From assembly GCA_964531375.1 (NCBI GenBank), contig CAZHDO010000004.1, forward strand, positions 147 to 64,146: a stretch of 64,000 nt of DNA, given 5' to 3'. The notes beneath the pieces were generated by a model. The model searched no databases and had not been told where the DNA came from. It worked only from the letters and a program-made list of their open reading frames with translations. Each line of letters opens with the position of its first letter. Within the stretch, counting starts at the first letter, position 1. The position numbers and the translations under genes are program-made. This DNA is from an uncultured Candidatus Saccharibacteria bacterium. GTDB taxonomy: Bacteria; Patescibacteriota; Minisyncoccia; Phycocordibacterales; UBA12445. Of this stretch, positions 40,322 to 49,180 are shown one piece after another.

Positions 40322-40657
40322 CTACGAAGTGGCAAGTTCTAAATTTTTAATTCTTTTGCCGTGGTCGATAATCGCAATTTCCTCAAATTCTTCCATTCTA
40401 TTATTTATCGTAAATACCTCTTTATGTAAGCCGTCGAGACTAACTTTCATAGAAGAAATATCAGTTTTAATTGAAGAAACATCTGATTCTAAAGAATTAA
40501 GTCTACTATCTACAATATCAAATCTTTTATCAATAGACTCAAACCTCTTATCAACAGATTCGAAACCATTTAACACGGCCTTTGCAAGCTGGTCTATGTT
40601 TTTATTAACCTCCCTGATTTCCCCAACCAAATCATCAATTGTAGTTTCTTTTTTCAT
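40322..40657 (-). CDS. coiled-coil hypothetical protein
   Basis: Heptad-like repeats (FESIDKRFDIVDSRLNSLESDVSSI). Confidence 0.35.
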   Translation of the reverse strand: MKKETTIDDLVGEIREVNKNIDQLAKAVLNGFESVDKRFESIDKRFDIVDSRLNSLESDVSSIKTDISSMKVSLDGLHKEVFTINNRMEEFEEIAIIDHGKRIKNLELATS

Positions 40658-41081
40658 AAATTAAATCTGGATTGCTTCGCCCACAGCTCGCAATGACGAG
40701 TGAGTGAAGATGAAAGTATCACTTGCCATCGACCTGTTAAAGTAAAAGCAAGGGATAATTTCCTATGCTGACAATTTTACTACTATCGCAAGTTAAATGC
40801 AAAAGTGGTGGTGGGGATAAATTAGAGGATAAATCGAAAAAGACAAGATTAAGGACCGTATTGGGAATCAGAAACGTTGTTTCCAAAAAGGAAGCTACGT
40901 TTCGGTTGGTGATAGATGGTGGTAATTAAAAATTGAGATTAATAGTGGCAAGATTAAATGGCCGTATTGGGAAATCAGAAACGTGGCTTCCACAGGAAGA
41001 CACGTTTCGCAGGTGGTAATACACCAATAGCGAAACGTCGTTTCCTTTTTGGAAACGACGTTTCTGAGACACCACGCTAGA

Positions 41082-42287
41082 TTAAATTCCGGTTGTGATG
41101 TTGTAGATTGGGCCGAGGACAGATGTGAGAAGAATACCAACAGCGAGACCAAGGACGACAATCATTAATGGTTCGATAAGACCGACTAAAGATTCGACGG
41201 CATTGTCTACTTCCCTCTTGTAAAATCTAGACATTGTCTTTAAGACGAAACCAAGGTTACCCGTCTCTTCGCCAATCTTTATCATTTGAATAAGAATTGC
41301 TGGCATTTGTGGGTATTGGCCGAGCGACTTCGAGAGAGAATTACCGGCCTTAACTTGCGTAACTGTTTCAAGGAGAATACCTCGATATAGGTCCGAGCCG
41401 ACAACGTCCGCTGTAATCTCAACTGAGCGCACCATTGCAACACCGCTTGAAATAAGCGTATCCATATTTTCTGAAAAACGAGACAAATAGAACATTTTAT
41501 AAAGATTTCCAACATAAGGTGTTCTCATTTTTATATCGGCAAGTATTGCCTGACCTTCTTTTGATTTTGAATATTTATAGAAAAAATATCCAGCAAAAAC
41601 AAGAGCGACAATTATTAATATACCGTTGTTCAACAAGAACTGGCTCAACGCAATAATAATTTTTGTGTAAATCGGGATATCACCGCCTGTTTCGGTAAGA
41701 ATATCTGTAAGTTTCGGAATAACAAAAACCAACATTAAAATCATAACAATGATAAATGAAGCAATGACAAATGCGGGATAAATAAGAGCGTTCTTTGCCT
41801 TTGAAACTAATTCGTATTCCCTCTCAAGATGGTCTGCTAAGTAATTAAAAGATTGATTTAACTTACCGGACTCCTCTCCAGACCTAACCATACTTACGAA
41901 AAATGGGGTAAATGCATTCTCATGCTTAGCCATAGCCGAAGAAATAGAAATACCGCTCTGAAGGTCATCTGCGATAGAAAGCATAACCTTTGTAAGTTGA
42001 GGATTATCTACCCCACTAGCAAGCAATTTAAAAGAATCGAGTGCAGAAACCTTGGCTTCAAATAACGTCGCAATCTGGCGAGACATAATAACCAGGTCCC
42101 TCTGACTAATACTTTGGAATTGCTCGAAAAATCTAGCGACGCCAACACTTTCACCGACAGGGTTTATTGAAACAACAATAAGTCCTTTTCTCTGTAGGGC
42201 GGTTATCGCTATGTCCATAGAAACAGCGTCAAAAACGCCTTCTTTTGGTTCATTCGCCTCGGTTATTGCTTTATAATTAAATAACAT
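41082..42287 (-). CDS. pilC: type IV pilus inner-membrane platform protein PilC (GspF family)
   Basis: Two GspF repeats; three TM segments; PilC-like GEESG motif region. Confidence 0.8.
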   Translation of the reverse strand: MLFNYKAITEANEPKEGVFDAVSMDIAITALQRKGLIVVSINPVGESVGVARFFEQFQSISQRDLVIMSRQIATLFEAKVSALDSFKLLASGVDNPQLTKVMLSIADDLQSGISISSAMAKHENAFTPFFVSMVRSGEESGKLNQSFNYLADHLEREYELVSKAKNALIYPAFVIASFIIVMILMLVFVIPKLTDILTETGGDIPIYTKIIIALSQFLLNNGILIIVALVFAGYFFYKYSKSKEGQAILADIKMRTPYVGNLYKMFYLSRFSENMDTLISSGVAMVRSVEITADVVGSDLYRGILLETVTQVKAGNSLSKSLGQYPQMPAILIQMIKIGEETGNLGFVLKTMSRFYKREVDNAVESLVGLIEPLMIVVLGLAVGILLTSVLGPIYNITTGI

Positions 42288-42376
42288 AAGATGATTAAAT
42301 TAATGATTACGAGTTATGAAATAAATTATAACATATTTGAGCCCGTAAAGTCGAAACTAGCTGTGAATAATTTAAA

Positions 42377-43441
42377 TTAAAGCAATCTTTCTAAACTTCT
42401 TGGACTTAATGAATGCTTTATTGCACTTTCAACGGTTATTTCTCCCCTTCGAACAAGATCCGCAAGAGAATGATTTAAATCAACCATTCCCGCCTCTGTA
42501 CCGGTTTCAATAACAACATTTATCTCAGCAGTCCTCCCCTCTCTTATTAAATTTGATACTGCGTTATTATTTATCAAAAGTTCGTAAGCTGGAATTAATC
42601 CACCTGAAATTCTTGGGATAAGTCTTTGAGAAAATACACCAAGCAAAGTAACAGATAGCTGAATTTTTATTTGAGACTGCTGATCTCCGGGAAAAGAATC
42701 GATAATTCTATCGATGGTCTGTGCTGCGTTGTTTGTATGTAATGTCGAAAGAATTAAATGACCTGTCTCAGCGGCAGTGACAGCCGTGCTTATTGTTTCT
42801 GGTGCTCTCATTTCACCAATCATCGCAACGTTTATGTCTTGTCGGAACATAGACTTTAGGGCTGATGGGAAACTTTCAGTATCAAATCGCACTTCGCGCT
42901 GGTCTATTATTGATCTATCACTTTCAAACAAATATTCAATAGGATCTTCAATTGTAAGAATGTGCTCTGCTCTTTCTCTATTTATATGATCAACCATTGC
43001 TGCGAGGGTTGTAGATTTACCTTGTCCGACAGGACCAACAACCAAAAAGAAACCTTGTTCTTTAAAAGCAAACTCCTCAAGAACAGGTGGCAAGCTAAGC
43101 TCTTTCATGCTTCTAATCTTCTTTGGAATTACCCTAAGAGCGCACCCAATCTGACCCTTTTGAAAAAAACCATTACCCCTAAACCTAACACCATGGGAAG
43201 AATCGTAGGCAAAATCAATATCTTTGTTTTGTAAAAACTTCTGTTTATTCTCTTCATTCAAAAGCTCAAAAATCAAACCCCTTGTATCTTCTGCTGTCAA
43301 AATTGGCTTAGAAACAAGCGGAATCAATTCACCAGACACTCTTATGCTTGGCTTTCTTCCGGCCGTGATGTGCAAATCAGAAGCGCCTTCTTTAAGAGTT
43401 ATACTAACTAATTCCTCTATTTGATTCTTGTAGTCGGTCAT
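42377..43441 (-). CDS. pilT: twitching-motility/retraction ATPase PilT
   Basis: Walker A GPVGQGKSTT; Asp box and His box of the PilT/GspE family; no N-terminal extension. Confidence 0.8.
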   Translation of the reverse strand: MTDYKNQIEELVSITLKEGASDLHITAGRKPSIRVSGELIPLVSKPILTAEDTRGLIFELLNEENKQKFLQNKDIDFAYDSSHGVRFRGNGFFQKGQIGCALRVIPKKIRSMKELSLPPVLEEFAFKEQGFFLVVGPVGQGKSTTLAAMVDHINRERAEHILTIEDPIEYLFESDRSIIDQREVRFDTESFPSALKSMFRQDINVAMIGEMRAPETISTAVTAAETGHLILSTLHTNNAAQTIDRIIDSFPGDQQSQIKIQLSVTLLGVFSQRLIPRISGGLIPAYELLINNNAVSNLIREGRTAEINVVIETGTEAGMVDLNHSLADLVRRGEITVESAIKHSLSPRSLERLL

Positions 43442-43478
43442 ATTAAATAAATTATATTAAAATTTTAAATCGTAAAAA

Positions 43479-45056
43479 TTACAACTTACCTACCTCCTCA
43501 AAACCAATCTCGCCCTTAAAAGCCTTAAGGATAGCGTCTTCTCTCATTGTCTTCATACCCTTACTTCGCGCCAACTTTCTAACGTCGTCTTCGGATGGGT
43601 TTGTAAAAATGAGATTTTGCATATCTCGGTCAACTGTAAGTGCCTCAAGAACAGGCGTTCTTCCTCTATTTCCCGTAGAGCAAGTCGCAGATGGTTTTGC
43701 GTTATACACAACATCTGGAATTTTAATGTCTTTTCTTATCTCTTCAGGTAAATCTGCAAACTGAGCTTCAATGGTCGCTCTCATTTCTGGAGTTACGGGA
43801 ATTTCGCTCTTTGATTCTGAACACAATGTACCAACAAGTCTTTGTCCAATAACCAGGGTTAAGGTAGGAGCAATTAAATAAGGCTCGATTCCCATATCTA
43901 TTAGTCTAGGAATAGCAGCGATCGCATTATTTGTGTGAAGTGTTGAGAATACAATATGACCAGTCAAAGCAGCTTGAATAGCAAGTCTTGCTGTAATGGC
44001 ATCTCGAATTTCTCCCACCATTATAATATCAGGGTCCTGTCTTAAGATAGAACGCAAGCCACTAGCAAAAGTGTATTTAATTTCCGGACGAACTTGCGAC
44101 TGACTAACACCCTTAATATTGTATTCAATTGGATCTTCCAAACTGACGACGTTGTTCTCTTCTCTGTCGACTTCATTCATCATCGAATAAAGAGTTGTCG
44201 TTTTACCGGAACCTGTCGGTCCTGTAACAAGAATAAGGCCGTATGGCTTATCCATCGCCTCTTTAATAGCTTTCATGTGCGTCTCACTAAAACCAAGATC
44301 GTTAATTTTTTTAACACCTTTTTCAAAATCAAGGATTCTTAGCACAACTTTTTCGCCAAAATAAGTTGGGAAAGTAGAAACACGAAAATCTATTTGTCTT
44401 CCTTCTATTCTAGTAGAAAATCTTCCGTCTTGCGGAACCCTCTTTTCGTCCAGTTTCATATTTGTAAGAATTTTAATTCTCGCAACAATAGCATCTGCAA
44501 TATTTAAAGGAAGTGTGATACTTGTGTTTAAAACGCCGTCCATTCTAAACCTAACTTGTACCTTATCTAAGGTCGGCTCAATGTGAATATCGGAAGCGTT
44601 ACCGGTAACTGCATTTTGAATGATAACAGAAACTATCTTCGCCATTGGGGCGTCTTCTTTGTTTACTTCAAGAGTCTTAGAGGAAATATCTTTCATCAAT
44701 TCGTTCGTCACAGAATCTGCCGTCATTGGCATACCTTGTGTTGTGGCAAATTGCTGAAGAGCTTGATGTACTTCCCCCGACATTTCCTTATAACCGCCCA
44801 AGACAAGCTTCAGGTCGTCTTCTGAAATTACAAAGATTTTAAAAGGCAAATTGTGTTTATTTGCAGTAAAAGAAATAGCGTCTCTTGTCTCGATACTTTC
44901 TGGATCAATAACTCCAAATTCCAAAACCCCATCTTTAAAATCGATAGGCACAAATTTATAATAAGAGGCTGATTCCTCTGGAACATACTTCAAAACCTCC
45001 AGATTCGCAATTTTTCCTCCTAGGTCTCTCTTAGGGACTTCTTTTTTTGTATCCAT
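43479..45056 (-). CDS. pilB: type IV pilus assembly ATPase PilB (GspE family)
   Basis: Walker A VTGPTGSGKTTTL; N-terminal GspE_N domain; tetracysteine motif. Confidence 0.85.
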   Translation of the reverse strand: MDTKKEVPKRDLGGKIANLEVLKYVPEESASYYKFVPIDFKDGVLEFGVIDPESIETRDAISFTANKHNLPFKIFVISEDDLKLVLGGYKEMSGEVHQALQQFATTQGMPMTADSVTNELMKDISSKTLEVNKEDAPMAKIVSVIIQNAVTGNASDIHIEPTLDKVQVRFRMDGVLNTSITLPLNIADAIVARIKILTNMKLDEKRVPQDGRFSTRIEGRQIDFRVSTFPTYFGEKVVLRILDFEKGVKKINDLGFSETHMKAIKEAMDKPYGLILVTGPTGSGKTTTLYSMMNEVDREENNVVSLEDPIEYNIKGVSQSQVRPEIKYTFASGLRSILRQDPDIIMVGEIRDAITARLAIQAALTGHIVFSTLHTNNAIAAIPRLIDMGIEPYLIAPTLTLVIGQRLVGTLCSESKSEIPVTPEMRATIEAQFADLPEEIRKDIKIPDVVYNAKPSATCSTGNRGRTPVLEALTVDRDMQNLIFTNPSEDDVRKLARSKGMKTMREDAILKAFKGEIGFEEVGKL

Positions 45057-45170
45057 TTTTTAATATCGTAATTTCTCGACAACTCTTGTCATTGCAAGAA
45101 AATAGTATTAATTCAAATCTGGATAATTTCACTCACATCCCGCAATGACGAGGGCATGAGCACAAGAAAA

Positions 45171-45587
45171 CTAATCGCTAAGAACCTTCTTAACAGGGGC
45201 TGTTGTTGTAGCTGACTTTGCAACTACGACAGGGGTCGCAGTTTTTTGAACTTCGGTAACTTGTGTCGTCTTTGTGTTTAAAGCCTGTGCACCGAAAGGA
45301 GCAAAAGGGTTAATTCGTCCTTTTTCTTCAGGAGTTAACTCCCTGCCTTGATCCTGTAAACCATTCTTTAAAACTTTATTTTCAAAAACAGCCTTGTCTA
45401 ATGAGATATTTTTAATGGAGGATATTTTCTTTAAGAATATGGATATATTATTCTCTTCTGTGTTCTTTGTAGTTATAAGCCCGCTTGATACAGCACCTGC
45501 GCCACTTGTGCCTGTATATAAATAAACAGACAAAAGAACAATGAAAGCAAGTACTCCAATCAAAATATTTGTTTTTTTTGAGTCCAT
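45171..45587 (-). CDS. pilus assembly protein (PilP-like?), N-terminal TM helix
   Basis: Position within the pilMNO(P) block. Confidence 0.35.
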   Translation of the reverse strand: MDSKKTNILIGVLAFIVLLSVYLYTGTSGAGAVSSGLITTKNTEENNISIFLKKISSIKNISLDKAVFENKVLKNGLQDQGRELTPEEKGRINPFAPFGAQALNTKTTQVTEVQKTATPVVVAKSATTTAPVKKVLSD

Positions 45588-45591
45588 ATTT

Positions 45592-46131
45592 TTATATTGT
45601 TTCCTTTAGCCAATAAGTTTTTAATTCTACGTTATATTCATTAATATCCTTATCCCCCGCCGTGAAGCTCACAGAAGAAGCATCAACAATTCTCAAGCTA
45701 TTCTCAAGATCGGTCAAGAAAGATCTAAATTTGTCATACGGAGCTGATACAGAAAATCTTAGGGTAGCTGTGCCGTAATCTTTTGAAGCTTCTTGAGGAT
45801 TCTGAGTGTCATTGTTTGTCTTAAGATCAATATTCCTAATCTTCATCTGATACCTAGAAGCCACATCATCAATATCAATAACAAGCTTAATATTGTCAAT
45901 ACTATCTGGTAGGAGTTTATTTATCTTTGTCCTTTCCTCGTCAGTGAAATTATTATATAAACCTTCTTTTTGAGCCAAAATGGTTCTTAAATTTTTACTT
46001 TCAGATAAGGAATTATTCAAAGAATCTCTTGTCGACGAAAGTGCAGATATATTGGTCATTAATGGATTTATAGAGCCAAAATAGACCAAGACTGAAACGG
46101 CCAATAAAATTGTTGTTACTAAGTAATTCAT
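45592..46131 (-). CDS. PilO-like pilus assembly protein
   Basis: TM helix plus coiled coil; gene order. Confidence 0.45.
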   Translation of the reverse strand: MNYLVTTILLAVSVLVYFGSINPLMTNISALSSTRDSLNNSLSESKNLRTILAQKEGLYNNFTDEERTKINKLLPDSIDNIKLVIDIDDVASRYQMKIRNIDLKTNNDTQNPQEASKDYGTATLRFSVSAPYDKFRSFLTDLENSLRIVDASSVSFTAGDKDINEYNVELKTYWLKETI

Positions 46132-46134
46132 ATT

Positions 46135-46773
46135 TTAAATGCTATTTTTTATACCATCAAGGTTCTTATAAAAGACCAAATCAGGTTTAACACTTGCAGA
46201 TGCCTTGAATACAACATTGCCTGTGAGCGAAGGATTTAAGTCAGAAAAAATTACATTTGTGAAATCCTTGTCCCCTGTTTTCTTTGAAGCATTAAACTCT
46301 TTGACCTGAAGAGCGATGCTTGAGTAATTCAACGACTCCCCGCTTAATTTTAAATCAACAGACTGATTGTCTTTGTTTGTGTATTTAAAATCATTATATC
46401 GAACATCCTTTATGGTTGACTCTTCGAGGAAACCAAAAAGATTTCTTAAAGTGATGTGGCCATCCAAAAGACTTCCTATTGTCTTAAGTTTCGAATCGAA
46501 CCTAATCATTTCTGTCATTAAGGTGTTTTTGTTCTCAAGTTCGGACTGTACTTTCGCCAAATCTGATTTTATTCCAGCAATTGAACTATCCAGAGTGGCT
46601 TTATAAACATAAGCGCCACCATAAACAGACAACGTTGTAATAAAAATTATTATTGAAATAAAATTTAAAACACCAGAGAAACCGGCTTTCTCTTTTATTA
46701 CCCCTGAAGAAGTGAGTGGCTTCTTTGGGATAAAAGAAGTCTGCACGCTATTTTTTTGAAAATCTCCTATCAT
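46135..46773 (-). CDS. PilN-like pilus assembly protein
   Basis: TM helix plus coiled coil; gene order after pilM. Confidence 0.45.
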   Translation of the reverse strand: MIGDFQKNSVQTSFIPKKPLTSSGVIKEKAGFSGVLNFISIIIFITTLSVYGGAYVYKATLDSSIAGIKSDLAKVQSELENKNTLMTEMIRFDSKLKTIGSLLDGHITLRNLFGFLEESTIKDVRYNDFKYTNKDNQSVDLKLSGESLNYSSIALQVKEFNASKKTGDKDFTNVIFSDLNPSLTGNVVFKASASVKPDLVFYKNLDGIKNSI

Positions 46774-46808
46774 ATTTTAATAATTAATTTATACATTCAT
46801 TATAAAAC

Positions 46809-47930
46809 TTATTGCAGCGCACGTAAAGCAAGGCCTGTGGCTATTGAAAAACCTGAGCCGTTTTCTGCCAAAACCTTTTCCATTATAGCTGGCACTTTAA
46901 CCTTCTTAAAGGAATCGCCCAACTCAACATCTATCTCCAACTCCCTCTTTGCTAATTCCACGATACCTTTTAGCTGTGCGCCACCGCCTGTTAATATTAC
47001 TTTTGCAATTTCTCTTGAATATTTTTTCTGATAAGCCAAAAGTATTTTTTGCGCTTCATAAAATATGTAATCGAGCGTTGGGCTTACGACGGTAGATAGA
47101 TCTCCACCTTCGGAACTATTTAAAACACCCAACCTTCTCTTAGCCTCTTCTGCCTCAGCAAATCCAAAACCTAAAGATTTTTGCAAAGAAATGGTTATAT
47201 CTTGTGAGCCCTTGTCTATAACGTGCGAACTTCGAACAGCTCCGTAGTCAATTATAAAAAGCCTTGACGAAGTCGCGCCGACATCAATAACACCTATCGC
47301 ATTTAAATCGTTATTCAAAACAGCCCTTGCTGCACTGAAAGTCTCTATTTCAAGAGGCGACGTTGTAAGACCAGCTTTTTTTACAATCTCTTCATATGAA
47401 GAAATCATACTTTTGTGAATTGCTACCACTAAAACTTCTATTTTTTCCACCTTTTTAACCTCAGTACCTGGTGCTTCAGCACTAGACTTATTGTCTCCAT
47501 CAAAATCTCTTGAGGGGATTATAAGCCAATCAAGCATAACTTCATTTATTGGAACAGGAATATACTTTCTAGCTTCCATTTGAACAACTTGGTCAATATT
47601 TTTCTCATCAACTTTTGGAATTTCAATAAGCCTCAATAAGCTCGAGCGAAGTGGGACAGAAAAGGTGGCCTCTGTAGCAGTTATGTTTACTTCTTTAAAA
47701 AGGTCTTTCATCGCCTCAACAAGCTTGTCTGGAGGCAAAACAACAGCCTGGCCAACAGCATTTCCCGCATAAGGGCCTAGTGCCATTTCCCCGTAAGTTT
47801 CAAGAATTGCAACACCCTTTTCTTTTCTTAATTGAACAACTTTTATAGAAGATCCGCCAATATCAACACCAACAACACTTCCCTGTTGTTTAAATAAGCC
47901 TAAATTTTTGAATATATCAGTAAATGCCAT
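46809..47930 (-). CDS. pilM: type IV pilus assembly protein PilM (actin-like ATPase fold)
   Basis: VGVDIGGSSIKVVQL phosphate-1 motif; DVGATSSRLFII; ILTGGGAQLKG. Confidence 0.8.
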   Translation of the reverse strand: MAFTDIFKNLGLFKQQGSVVGVDIGGSSIKVVQLRKEKGVAILETYGEMALGPYAGNAVGQAVVLPPDKLVEAMKDLFKEVNITATEATFSVPLRSSLLRLIEIPKVDEKNIDQVVQMEARKYIPVPINEVMLDWLIIPSRDFDGDNKSSAEAPGTEVKKVEKIEVLVVAIHKSMISSYEEIVKKAGLTTSPLEIETFSAARAVLNNDLNAIGVIDVGATSSRLFIIDYGAVRSSHVIDKGSQDITISLQKSLGFGFAEAEEAKRRLGVLNSSEGGDLSTVVSPTLDYIFYEAQKILLAYQKKYSREIAKVILTGGGAQLKGIVELAKRELEIDVELGDSFKKVKVPAIMEKVLAENGSGFSIATGLALRALQ

Positions 47931-48035
47931 AGTTTTTTATACTTATAAAACATTATATCACACTTAAACAAAGACCGTATGTCGTAAATGCGCTAGTTAT
48001 CCCCAACCACAACCAAAACATGGTAAAATAAAAAA

Positions 48036-48710
48036 GTGAATAATTTACTAAAAGATACTTTTAATAAAATATTAGACCTTCTTTTGCCCCAAAAGTGTAT
48101 CGGTTGCGGTATTTCGGGTGAACTTTTTTGCGAAGAATGCCTGTATGGTGCGAAAAAATGTGAAAAATATCTTGGGGATGATACTTTTGCAGTATTCTCT
48201 TATAAAGATAAAAACATTAAAAAAGCAATTTCCCTTATAAAGTACAAAGGGGTTAAATATATGACTCCCCCGCTAGCCAAATATATTTACGACCTTGCGC
48301 TAGAAGAAATATCACAAATAAAGATGATGTCGGGAAATAATATTGATGAAAAAATAATTGTTATTCCTGTGCCACTTCACAAAAGCCGTTTAAAAACGAG
48401 GGGTTTTAATCAATCAGAACTTATTGCAAGACAATTTCTAAAACTCGATACAGGAAATTCTTTCTTTCTCGATACAGAATCCCTGGAGCGCGTAAAAGAA
48501 ACGGAAAGTCAGGTTAAAACAGATGGGCGCGAAAAGAGATTAGTAAACCTCAAAGACGCCTTTTGTGTTCCATATCCAGAAAATGTAAAAAATAAGATAA
48601 TACTTCTTGTTGATGATGTTATTACAACAGGCGCGACAATTGATGAATGTCGAAAAACACTTAAAAATGCTGGCGCTAGAAAGGTTTTTGCGGTCGCAAT
48701 TGCACATTAA
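48036..48710 (+). CDS. comFC: ComF family protein (ComFC-like phosphoribosyltransferase)
   Basis: N-terminal Zn finger CIGCG...CEEC; C-terminal PRTase motif LLVDDVITTGATIDEC. Confidence 0.7.
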   Translation: MNNLLKDTFNKILDLLLPQKCIGCGISGELFCEECLYGAKKCEKYLGDDTFAVFSYKDKNIKKAISLIKYKGVKYMTPPLAKYIYDLALEEISQIKMMSGNNIDEKIIVIPVPLHKSRLKTRGFNQSELIARQFLKLDTGNSFFLDTESLERVKETESQVKTDGREKRLVNLKDAFCVPYPENVKNKIILLVDDVITTGATIDECRKTLKNAGARKVFAVAIAH

Positions 48711-48760
48711 AATGAAAAACAGGCCGATATGGCCTGTTTGATTTAAGCCTGGTTTGTAAA

Positions 48761-49102
48761 TCAATGCAAACCGGGGTTCACAATAACACTCCCTACTCGA
48801 ATCTCGGGGTTAAGAAAGCTTCTCCGAACCTCAGCTCGAGTAAAACTGACGAGCAGCTCTCCTTCCACGTCAACATAACCTTTTAACAGGTTACGGATTG
48901 CAAGCCCAGAACCCATACTGAATTTTATATTCTCCGCAACTTCATCGAAGGTTTTTTCAATCTCCTCAATAAGACTCTCGCTGTCCATATTTGCCCCATG
49001 AACAACAAGCTCTGTTGGAGGGATCAAAACACCATTAACTGAAAAGCGAATCCCAAGCACCACTCTCGGTTCTCTTTCTTCAGCATTATTTAAATCACCC
49101 AT
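48761..49102 (-). CDS. hypothetical protein (possibly PilZ-like)
   Basis: Weak R-x-x-x-R and D-x-S-x-x-G-like segments only. Confidence 0.25.
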   Translation of the reverse strand: MGDLNNAEEREPRVVLGIRFSVNGVLIPPTELVVHGANMDSESLIEEIEKTFDEVAENIKFSMGSGLAIRNLLKGYVDVEGELLVSFTRAEVRRSFLNPEIRVGSVIVNPGLH

Positions 49103-49180
49103 GACCGATACTCCTTTGTGAATTTACTATCTCTGGGCGAGTTTATAACACATCACAGTCAAAAAGTAAATAGATAAAAA

